DNA of 64,000 nucleotides from Aquabacterium sp. (GTDB lineage Bacteria; Pseudomonadota; Gammaproteobacteria; Burkholderiales; Burkholderiaceae_C): NCBI GenBank assembly GCA_023150345.1, contig JAKLLB010000005.1, positions 28,570 to 92,569 of the forward strand, read 5' to 3'. Shown piece by piece: positions 56,670 to 64,000 of this stretch (position 1 is its first letter; each line of letters starts with the position of its first letter). The notes under the pieces were generated by a model. It saw only the letters and a program-made list of their open reading frames with translations, ran no database searches and was not told where the DNA came from. The position numbers and the translations under genes were made by a program.

Positions 56670-57860
56670 ATGACTGTCCATCCTGTGCTGGGCCAGGTTG
56701 CCCTGGGTTACTCGCCGATGATCGACCGGCACCGGGCGGTCACGGCACTGCGCCTGACCGTCTTCCCGCTGCGCAACGAAGCGCCGCCGCCGGCTGGAGA
56801 CTTGTTGGCTGCCATGGCTGAAGCCTGGCCAGCCGATGCCGGGCGGGTGTCGCTGAACATCGTGGGCGAGTCGCTCCTGCAGGACCTGCTGCAGACCGAG
56901 TTGCCGCTGAATCTGATGGTCGAGGTGCCGGCCTTCATGGCCTGCGACATCGCCAACGCTGCGGCACTGCAGGCGCTGCATGCGGCCGGCAACACGCTGC
57001 TGATCAAGGGCCGTCCGCGCACGCCTTTGCCGCGCGAGGTGCTGCCGTGCTTTGCCTATTCCATCATCGACCTGTCCGACGAGCGCCGCGACGGGCAGCC
57101 CGCACCGGGCGGTGTGTCGCGCACCATCCCGCACGTGCAGGGCGAGGTGCGCACGTTGGGGCAGATGAACGACGCTTTCACCCGCGGGGCCATCGCCGTG
57201 CTGGGCTGGCCCATCGAGGACACCATCGTGGCCAGCGGCAAGTCCTCCGCGCAGCCCGACCTGCAGGCCATCGTCGAGTTGATCAACCGAGTCGATCGGT
57301 CCGAGCCTGTCGAGCGGCTCGAGGCGGTGATGAAGAACGACCCGACCATGGCCTTTCGGCTGATGCGCTATATCAACTCGCCGGCGTTCGGGTTGTCGGT
57401 CGAGATCACCTCGTTTCGCCACGCCATCATGCTGCTGGGCTACAAGCGGCTGAAGCGCTGGCTCGCACTGCTGCTCGCATCGGCCAGCCGCGATGTCAAC
57501 ATGAAGCCGGTGATCTATGCCGCCGTGCGGCGCGGTCTGCTGATGGAAGAACTGGTGCGCGACCATGTCGATCCGGACAGCCGCGGCGAGTACTTCATCT
57601 GCGGCGTGTTCTCGCTGCTCGACCGCATGATGCGCCAGCCGTTCGCCGAGCTGCTCAACAACATTCCCGTGCCCGACAACGTCAGGGTTGCGTTGGTGGA
57701 TGAGGCCGGGCCCTACCACCCCTACCTCGAACTCGTGCGGGCTGTCGAGTCGGCTTCGGTGTACGACATCCGCAGCGCGGCCGACAGCCTGCTGCTGGCG
57801 GTATCTGAAGTGAACATCGCGGTGCTGCGGGCCTTGTCGGCGGCACGGCAGCTGGATTGA
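56670..57860 (+). CDS. Degenerate EAL + HDOD domain protein
   Basis: HDOD motifs (KNDPTMAFRLMRYINS, AIMLLG, FICGVFSLLD); N-terminal EAL-like region lacks the EAL motif. Confidence 0.82.
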   Translation: MTVHPVLGQVALGYSPMIDRHRAVTALRLTVFPLRNEAPPPAGDLLAAMAEAWPADAGRVSLNIVGESLLQDLLQTELPLNLMVEVPAFMACDIANAAALQALHAAGNTLLIKGRPRTPLPREVLPCFAYSIIDLSDERRDGQPAPGGVSRTIPHVQGEVRTLGQMNDAFTRGAIAVLGWPIEDTIVASGKSSAQPDLQAIVELINRVDRSEPVERLEAVMKNDPTMAFRLMRYINSPAFGLSVEITSFRHAIMLLGYKRLKRWLALLLASASRDVNMKPVIYAAVRRGLLMEELVRDHVDPDSRGEYFICGVFSLLDRMMRQPFAELLNNIPVPDNVRVALVDEAGPYHPYLELVRAVESASVYDIRSAADSLLLAVSEVNIAVLRALSAARQLD

Positions 57861-57899
57861 CCCGCCTCGTGCTGGACGGCATGCGGACCGGCGCGCCGG

Positions 57900-57907
57900 G
57901 CCGATAA
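57900..57907 (+). promoter_or_regulatory. sigma28 -10 element upstream of PAS kinase
   Basis: Perfect GCCGATAA 9 nt before ATG 57917; no recognisable -35. Confidence 0.4.
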
Positions 57908-57916
57908 ACTGGCCGG

Positions 57917-60913
57917 ATGTCCGTGCTGCCACGGCGCCCCGCGCTCCCCACCAAGGGCAAGGCCATAGCCACGCCGCCGCGCAACCCTCGCAAGGGCGGC
58001 GTGGGCGGGCGGCTGGACCCTCGCGCCACTGCTGAGCTGGTCGACCTGCTGTGGGACACGCCGCAGGCCATCACCGTGCAGGACGCGCGCTTTCGGTTGG
58101 TGGCGGCCAACCGGTCCTACTGCGAAGCGGTGGGCTATCTGCCCGCGCAGTTGCTCGGGCGCGATCCGGTCGAGCACACGCCCGAGGCGGAACGGACGGC
58201 AGTGCTCGCGACGCGCGACGAACTGCTGCGCGCACTGCATGCGGGGCGGCAGCCCGATGTGAGCCTGGACTGCTGCGTGTTCGATGCCCAGGCGCGGCCG
58301 CGCTGGTTCCGATCGGTGCCGCGCTGGGTGAGTGCGACCGACGGGTCGCCGCTGCTGCTGGCCATCCTTCACGACGTGACGGCCGAACATGTCGCGCGGG
58401 CGCAGGCCGACCGCAGCGTGAATGAGCTCGAGTACTGGTTCGACCTGAGCCCCATCGGGATGCTCGTCTATGACGCCAGCGGCCTGATCGTGCGCAGCAA
58501 TGCGGCCTTCGAGCAACTCGTCGGCCGGGCACCGGTGATGTTGAACGACGCCCCGGCAGACCTGTGTGAACTGCTGGCCTGGGAGCGCGATCGTCCGCAC
58601 CCGGCGCTGCGCGCCGACGCGCCAGCGCTCGAGGTACGCGGCAGCGTGGGTGCTGCCGACGGCCGGCGTCTGCGCCTGCGGGCGCGGCTGCGCGCCTTCG
58701 CCACCGACATCGGCCAGGTGCGCGTGATGGCGGCCATCGAAGACCTGAGCCTCGAGGAAGAGCGCGACCTGGCGCAGCTGGAGATCGGCGCGCTGATGGA
58801 CACCGCCGGGATCGGCGTGGCCACCTATGAAGCCTCGCGGGGCTGGCTGCGCAGCCGCGGCCGGGCCGGCGCTGGTGCAGCGGCGCGCACGCCCGCCTCT
58901 GCGGCGCTGCAGGCCATCGGCCGCGACCAGGTCGACCCAGGCTCGCTGGAGGAGTTCGAGCGCTTGCAGCAGGCCCTGCGCGATGGACAGCGGGCGCAGG
59001 TGCGCTATGCGGTGCACATGCCCGAGCTCGGGCGACGCTGGCTGCTCACTCGCGTCGAACCCGCCGAGCTGGGCGGTGGCCGCACGGCGCTGTCGGTGGT
59101 CACCCTGGACGTGACCGACCAAGAGGCCGCCCATCGCCGCAACGAGGAACTGGTGCGCGAGTTGAGCACCATCCTGTCGGGCACCACGGCCGGCATCCTG
59201 CACGTGCGCCAGGGCCGCATCGAGCGTGCCAATGACGCCATGGCCACGCTCACCGACTACAGCATCGAGGCCCTGCAGCAGATGCCGCTGGCGCACTTGT
59301 TCGAGAGCCCCGATGCGTATGCGGCCTTGCACCCGCAGCAGGAGCAGGCGTTGCGTCGCGAGGGGTTGTGGCGCGGCGAGAGGCGCCTGCGCTGCAACGG
59401 CGGCCGGCGCGTATGGGTGCAGGTGAGCAAGCGCTGTGTCGTGGACCACGATCCGGACGCCGGACTGATCTGCTCGTATGCCGACATCGACGAACTGCAC
59501 CGGGCTCGCGAAGCGCTGCAGTCCCAGGCCGAGCGCACGCGCGCGATCCTCGACTCGGTGCTGGTGGGTATCGTCACCGTGGGCGTGGGTGGCATCGAGT
59601 GGATGAACCGCTCGGCTCGCCGCATGTTCGGCGGCGAGCTGGCCGACTTCGTCGGCGAGCCGATCTCGATCGTGGCCACGGCCGACGTCGATCACCCCCT
59701 GCGCGCCACGCACTACCTGGACGCCCCGGAGGAAGGCCAGGCCGAGACCTTCGAGTGCCGGCTGCGCGGACGCGACGGACGTGAGTTCTGGGTAGTGGGC
59801 AACGCGGTGCTGACCGGACGCGGCTCCAGTGGCCGACAGGTCACCTTCGCGCTGCTTGACATCGAGCGCCGACGCCAGGCCGAGGTTTCGATCGCCCAGG
59901 CGCAGGCCTCGCTGCAGCGCATCATCGAGACGGCACCCTTGGCCATCGCCCTGTTCGACGCCGCCAGCGGACGGGTGCTGCGCCTGAACCAGATGGCGGC
60001 CATGTTCATCGGCCACCCGGCCGAAGAGGTGCTGGGTCGCCCACCCGAGGATTGGCTGCCGCCGGCCCAGGCCGGTGCATTGCGGGCCGATCTCGATCAG
60101 GCACGGCACCAGTCCGACGGTTTGCGCCGCGAACTGCCGTTGGCGCACAGCGCGCCTGGTGCCGAAATGCGCATCTGGGACGTGCGCATCGTGCCGCTGG
60201 ACTCTGCTGGCGACGCGCAGTTGCTGCTGGTGGCCAGCGATGTCACCGAGCAGCGGGCGGCCGAGCAGGCGCGCTTCGATGCCGCGGTGTCGCAGCGCGA
60301 GATGCTGGTCAAGGAAGTGCACCACCGCATCAAGAACAACCTGCAGGGCGTGGCCGGCCTGCTGCAGCAGACCGCGGCGCGGCGACCCGAAGTGGCCGCC
60401 CTGATCGGCGAGGCCGTCAGCCAGGTGCAGGCCATTGCCCAGGTGCACGGTCTGCAGGTCGGCATATCGGGGCCGTTGCGCGTCAAGCCGCTGCTCGAGG
60501 CCATCACCGGCTCGGTGCAGCGCACGTTCGGTCGACCCGTTCAGGTGCAGGTCGAGGAGGCTCCGCAGGGGCTGCCGGCGCACCGGTATGCGCTGCCGGA
60601 GGCCGAATCGATTCCGATCGCGTTGACGATCAACGAGTTGCTCACCAATGCCATCAAGCACTCCGAGTCGGGCGTCATCGGCTGCGTGCTGCGCTGCGAG
60701 GATGCCGGCGTGTCGATCACCGTCACCAATCCCGGCCGGCTGCGCGAGGGTTTCAGCCTCGCCCAGGTGCCGCCCGGCGTGTCCGGCCTGGGGCTGGTGC
60801 GTGCACTGCTGCCGCGCCGCACGGCCACACTGGCGCTGCAGCAGGTCGATGACGAGGTGCACGCCCGGGTCGCGCTGACAGCGCCGGGTGTCACCATCCT
60901 CGAACCGCTGTAG
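57917..60913 (+). CDS. Cytoplasmic multi-PAS HisKA_2-type histidine kinase
   Basis: Several PAS/PAC segments; KEVHHRIKNNLQ H-box, NELLTNAIKH N-box; no TM. Confidence 0.9.
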   Translation: MSVLPRRPALPTKGKAIATPPRNPRKGGVGGRLDPRATAELVDLLWDTPQAITVQDARFRLVAANRSYCEAVGYLPAQLLGRDPVEHTPEAERTAVLATRDELLRALHAGRQPDVSLDCCVFDAQARPRWFRSVPRWVSATDGSPLLLAILHDVTAEHVARAQADRSVNELEYWFDLSPIGMLVYDASGLIVRSNAAFEQLVGRAPVMLNDAPADLCELLAWERDRPHPALRADAPALEVRGSVGAADGRRLRLRARLRAFATDIGQVRVMAAIEDLSLEEERDLAQLEIGALMDTAGIGVATYEASRGWLRSRGRAGAGAAARTPASAALQAIGRDQVDPGSLEEFERLQQALRDGQRAQVRYAVHMPELGRRWLLTRVEPAELGGGRTALSVVTLDVTDQEAAHRRNEELVRELSTILSGTTAGILHVRQGRIERANDAMATLTDYSIEALQQMPLAHLFESPDAYAALHPQQEQALRREGLWRGERRLRCNGGRRVWVQVSKRCVVDHDPDAGLICSYADIDELHRAREALQSQAERTRAILDSVLVGIVTVGVGGIEWMNRSARRMFGGELADFVGEPISIVATADVDHPLRATHYLDAPEEGQAETFECRLRGRDGREFWVVGNAVLTGRGSSGRQVTFALLDIERRRQAEVSIAQAQASLQRIIETAPLAIALFDAASGRVLRLNQMAAMFIGHPAEEVLGRPPEDWLPPAQAGALRADLDQARHQSDGLRRELPLAHSAPGAEMRIWDVRIVPLDSAGDAQLLLVASDVTEQRAAEQARFDAAVSQREMLVKEVHHRIKNNLQGVAGLLQQTAARRPEVAALIGEAVSQVQAIAQVHGLQVGISGPLRVKPLLEAITGSVQRTFGRPVQVQVEEAPQGLPAHRYALPEAESIPIALTINELLTNAIKHSESGVIGCVLRCEDAGVSITVTNPGRLREGFSLAQVPPGVSGLGLVRALLPRRTATLALQQVDDEVHARVALTAPGVTILEPL

Positions 60914-61018
60914 GTTGCGCCCACCGGCGTGCAACAGTGGTCACCGCCGGTGCCCGTCGCGATGCGGGTGCGGGCGGATCGGCGACAATGCCCTCAGTTG
61001 GGGCAAGCGGACGCGCCG

Positions 61019-61624
61019 ATGGCCGGCAAAGGCAAGATACTCGTGGTGGATGACGATCGGCTGGTCTTGGCCACGGTCACCCACGGGCTGGCGCAGGCCG
61101 GTTACGACGTGATCGACGCCGACAACGGCGACGATGCCATCTTGCTGGCCCGGGAACACCGGCCCGACCTGGCCCTGCTCGACATCCGCATGGAGGGCAA
61201 GTCCGGGTTCGACGTGGCGGCCTATCTGCGCGAGTACCTGCACACGCCGTTCATGTTCCTGTCGGCCTTCTCCGACGAGGACACGGTGCGCCAGGTGCGC
61301 GAACTCGGTGCCGTGGCCTACCTGGTCAAGCCGCTGGACATCGGCCAGATCGTTCCCACGGTCGAGGCGGCCTTCGCACGCCTGCCCGAGCGGGCCCCCA
61401 CGCCCGTGTCGCGCCCAGCGCCTCCGGCGCCGGTGGTGGTGGCGCCGGCGGTCGGCGATGAGGTCGTGGCGATGGCGGTGGGCGTGCTCATGCATCGGTT
61501 TTCGCTGCGGCGGGCGGCGGCGCTCACCCACCTGAAGCAACTGGCCGCCGAGGACGGACGCGCCTTGCGCGAGCAGGCCGAGCGCGTGCTCGAAGCCGTC
61601 GAGACGCTCAGTCGCCCAGCGTGA
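61019..61624 (+). CDS. Response regulator with ANTAR-like output domain
   Basis: ILVVDDD, LALLDIRM, YLVKP; C-terminal AMAVGVLMHRF...ALTHLKQLA. Confidence 0.85.
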   Translation: MAGKGKILVVDDDRLVLATVTHGLAQAGYDVIDADNGDDAILLAREHRPDLALLDIRMEGKSGFDVAAYLREYLHTPFMFLSAFSDEDTVRQVRELGAVAYLVKPLDIGQIVPTVEAAFARLPERAPTPVSRPAPPAPVVVAPAVGDEVVAMAVGVLMHRFSLRRAAALTHLKQLAAEDGRALREQAERVLEAVETLSRPA

Positions 61625-62906
61625 AGTAGAACTGCGCGCCCTGGCCGACTTCGGACTCGGCCCAGATTTCGCCGCCGTGCCGGCGCACGATGCGGCGCAC
61701 CGATGCCAGGCCCACTCCGGTGCCCTGGAAGTCTCCACTGCTGTGCAGGCGCTGGAACACGCCGAACAACCGATCGGCGAAACGCATGTCGAAGCCGGCG
61801 CCGTTGTCGCGCACCATGTAGGCCGTGCGCCCGCCCGACTGCGCGCGCTCGAACGCGATGACCGCCCGCGGCACCTTTGCGCTGTACTTCCAGGCGTTGC
61901 CCAACAGGTTTTCCAGAGCCATCCGCAGCAGAGTCGGGTCGCCCTGGACCGTCATGTCCGGCTCGATGCGCAGGTCGACTTCGCGCTCGGGCGAAGTGCG
62001 CCGCAGGTCGTCCAGGATGTACAGCGCCAGCTGCGACAGGTTCACCGGCTGGCGCTGCAGGGGCTGCGTTGACAGACGCGACAGCGACAGCAGCGCGTCG
62101 ATCATGTGGTTCATGCGCGCGGCGGCGCTGAGCACGCGGTCGAGGTGATCGTTGCCGATGCGGTCCAGGGCGTGGCCGTAATCCTCCTTCAGGATCCGGG
62201 CGAAGCCCTCGACCACTCGGATGGGCGCGCGCAGGTCGTGCGAGACCGTGTAGCTGAACGACGCGTACTCGGCGGCCAGCGCCCGGGGATCGTCGACCAG
62301 TGGCTCGTCTGCCGATGCCTCCTGCACGGCTGGCTGGCCGACCGGCGACGCCCAGGCGGCGCCCGCCGGAACGGAGGCGGGCCGCGCCACGCCCAGATAC
62401 CCGCAGAACACGCCGCTGCAGTCGAAGCGAGGCAATCCGCGCAAGGTCCATTCGGGGTGCGAGCCGCCATCCCCGTTGCCCCGCACGGCCAGATCGGGCA
62501 GCGGCGCATGCGCGGCCATGCGTTCGCCCAGGCTGCCCGGCTGGATCACCTCGGCAAAGCGCTCCCACAGGTACTGGCCGTTGCCCCCGTGGCTCGCCCA
62601 GGCCGATGCCGGCGCGCCACCGGGTGGCTGCAGCCGAACCAACCGGTGCTGTGCGTCGGTCTGCCAGACCCAGCCATCGGTGAGTTGCAGCAGGTGCTGG
62701 TACTGAAGCCGGGCCTCGTGCAGCCGACGCGCATCGGTCTGGCGCGCCCACAGCGTGCCGGCTGCGGTACACGCCGCGGCCACCAGTACGAGCGCCACCA
62801 TCGCAAACGCGCCCAAGCCCGCCTCCTGGGTGGCCAGGATCGCCGCCACCACGGCCGCGGCGCACAACGCCAGCGGCATCAACGGGACAGCTGGGCGGTC
62901 CGTCAT
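61608..62906 (-). CDS. Membrane-anchored PAS sensor histidine kinase
   Basis: Two TM, SHDLRAP, NLLGNAWKYS, DNGAGF, GTGVGL; overlaps convergent regulator by 17 bp. Confidence 0.9.
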   Translation of the reverse strand: MTDRPAVPLMPLALCAAAVVAAILATQEAGLGAFAMVALVLVAAACTAAGTLWARQTDARRLHEARLQYQHLLQLTDGWVWQTDAQHRLVRLQPPGGAPASAWASHGGNGQYLWERFAEVIQPGSLGERMAAHAPLPDLAVRGNGDGGSHPEWTLRGLPRFDCSGVFCGYLGVARPASVPAGAAWASPVGQPAVQEASADEPLVDDPRALAAEYASFSYTVSHDLRAPIRVVEGFARILKEDYGHALDRIGNDHLDRVLSAAARMNHMIDALLSLSRLSTQPLQRQPVNLSQLALYILDDLRRTSPEREVDLRIEPDMTVQGDPTLLRMALENLLGNAWKYSAKVPRAVIAFERAQSGGRTAYMVRDNGAGFDMRFADRLFGVFQRLHSSGDFQGTGVGLASVRRIVRRHGGEIWAESEVGQGAQFYFTLGD

Positions 62907-63000
62907 GGCGGGGGCGTCGCGGTCGCGAGGCATGCGGCCGATTATGTGGGCATGGCGAGGCTGGCCGCCCGATCCATGGTGCGGCCCTGGCACGGGCCGC

Positions 63001-63027
63001 TCAAGCCTGACGCCGCGGGGCCGAAAT
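63001..63027 (+). promoter_or_regulatory. Candidate sigma28 promoter for Hpt operon
   Basis: TCAA-N15-GCCGAAAT. Confidence 0.55.
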
Positions 63028-63195
63028 GACGGTCAACCCTGTCGTGGTGATGCGACTGCCTGCCTACATTGACGACATATGCCACGCCATTTGCTGTCGC
63101 ATCTTGACGCCGCGCGATGGCGGCACCATGCTAGCCTTGTTCAGTTCGAGGCGCCCCATCCCGCGGGCGTGCGACGCCCCGCCAGGTTCCCCTTC

Positions 63196-63648
63196 ATGCA
63201 GCAAATCGCTTCCATGACCGCCCCCCCGCACCCTGGCCTGCAGCCGGATACCCATACCGGCACCCTGGCGCCCGCAGGCGGCGCCACTGGCAACGTGGTG
63301 GCCGTGCTCGACGCCCAGGCGCTGGCCGGGCTGTCGGCACTGGACCCGACAGGAGCGAACCGGCTGGTGCAGCGGGTGCTGGCCACCTACCAGGGGTCGC
63401 TGGGGCGCCTGCTGGCCCAGCTGGGAGATGCGCTGGCTCGGTCCGACCCTGCGGGCATGAGGCTGGCGGCGCACACCCTAAAATCCTCGTCGGCCAGCAT
63501 CGGCGCCCTTGAGTTGGCGCGGCTGTGCGCTGCGACCGAGACCGCGCTGCGCGAGGGGCGGGTCGAGGACGTTCCCGCGCTGGTCGATGCGCTGATGCGC
63601 GAGGCCAGCGGGGTCGAAGCCGCAGTGCGCGCCCGGCTGGCCAACTGA
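63196..63648 (+). CDS. Hpt phosphotransfer protein
   Basis: AAHTLKSSSASIGA; start 63196 or 63214. Confidence 0.9.
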   Translation: MQQIASMTAPPHPGLQPDTHTGTLAPAGGATGNVVAVLDAQALAGLSALDPTGANRLVQRVLATYQGSLGRLLAQLGDALARSDPAGMRLAAHTLKSSSASIGALELARLCAATETALREGRVEDVPALVDALMREASGVEAAVRARLAN

Positions 63649-63661
63649 GCCCTCGCACCCC

Positions 63662-64000
63662 ATGACACTGCCCCACGCCTTCGACACCGACGACTCGCCC
63701 GAGCGACCGAAGGTGTTGCTGGTCGACGACGACGAGGTGACGCTGATGCTCACCTCGGAGGCGCTGCGCGAGCGTGGCTTCGAGATCACGGAAGCGTCGT
63801 CCGGCGAGCGGGCACTGGCCATCCTGACCGACTGGACGCCCGACATCATCGTGCTCGATGCCATGATGCCCGGGCTCGACGGCTTCGACACCTGCCAGGA
63901 ACTGCGCACCTTCGCCGGGTTCGAGAACGTGCCCGTGCTCATGCTGACCGGCCTCGACGACGACGCATCCATCACGCGTGCCTACCAGGCGGGCGCGACC
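63662..64000 (+). CDS. Receiver-domain protein, truncated by window end
   Basis: Translated by hand: KVLLVDDD...IIVLDAMMPGLDG...VLMLTG; no stop in window. Confidence 0.88.
   Translation, partial: MTLPHAFDTDDSPERPKVLLVDDDEVTLMLTSEALRERGFEITEASSGERALAILTDWTPDIIVLDAMMPGLDGFDTCQELRTFAGFENVPVLMLTGLDDDASITRAYQAGAT

Noticed and set aside
57722-60934. 1070-aa antisense ORF, and similar long shadow ORFs (1382-3295, 8774-10768, 26956-28926, 30586-32913, 52291-55080)
   Set aside because: They overlap well-supported genes, carry no motifs, and are expected from GC-rich codon bias and periodic repeats
1-64000. IS elements, integrases, prophage, tRNA, rRNA
   Set aside because: No supporting motifs or terminal repeats seen

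Overview
GC-rich bacterial chromosome segment, probably a betaproteobacterium (inferred from flagellar gene order). Left to right: (1) a type I secretion operon (ABC ATPase open at the window edge, HlyD-type adaptor, an embedded membrane GGDEF-EAL gene, TolC-type outer membrane protein); (2) a pseudaminic acid (Pse) glycosylation island (pseB, pseC, pseI, a cytidylyltransferase-like gene, GNAT, aldo/keto reductase, class III aminotransferase, SDR/ATP-grasp fusion, HAD, methyltransferase, two orphan GT-like genes) interrupted by pncA-like and nadE; (3) a MarR / ClC / GpgS-HAD fusion operon behind a promoter-terminator leader; (4) two tandem giant paralogues (1444 and 1200 aa) built from Thr-rich 8-aa repeats in an exact 17x8 = 136-aa super-repeat, each ending in a FrpC-like self-processing module whose scissile Asp-Pro is replaced by Thr-Pro, each with a sigma28-like promoter; (5) flhB-flhA-flhF-flhG-fliA, flgMN, flgA, flgB-L; (6) a signalling cluster (EAL/HDOD, PAS HisKA_2 kinase with an ANTAR-type regulator, two orphan kinases, Hpt, a truncated receiver gene). 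No rRNA, tRNA, CRISPR, integrase or transposase was seen. The best candidate for an undescribed system is the pair of giant repeat/SPM proteins, possibly flagellar-regulated, T1SS-exported and Pse-glycosylated; that link is inference. All family assignments come from motif recognition by eye, not database searches.
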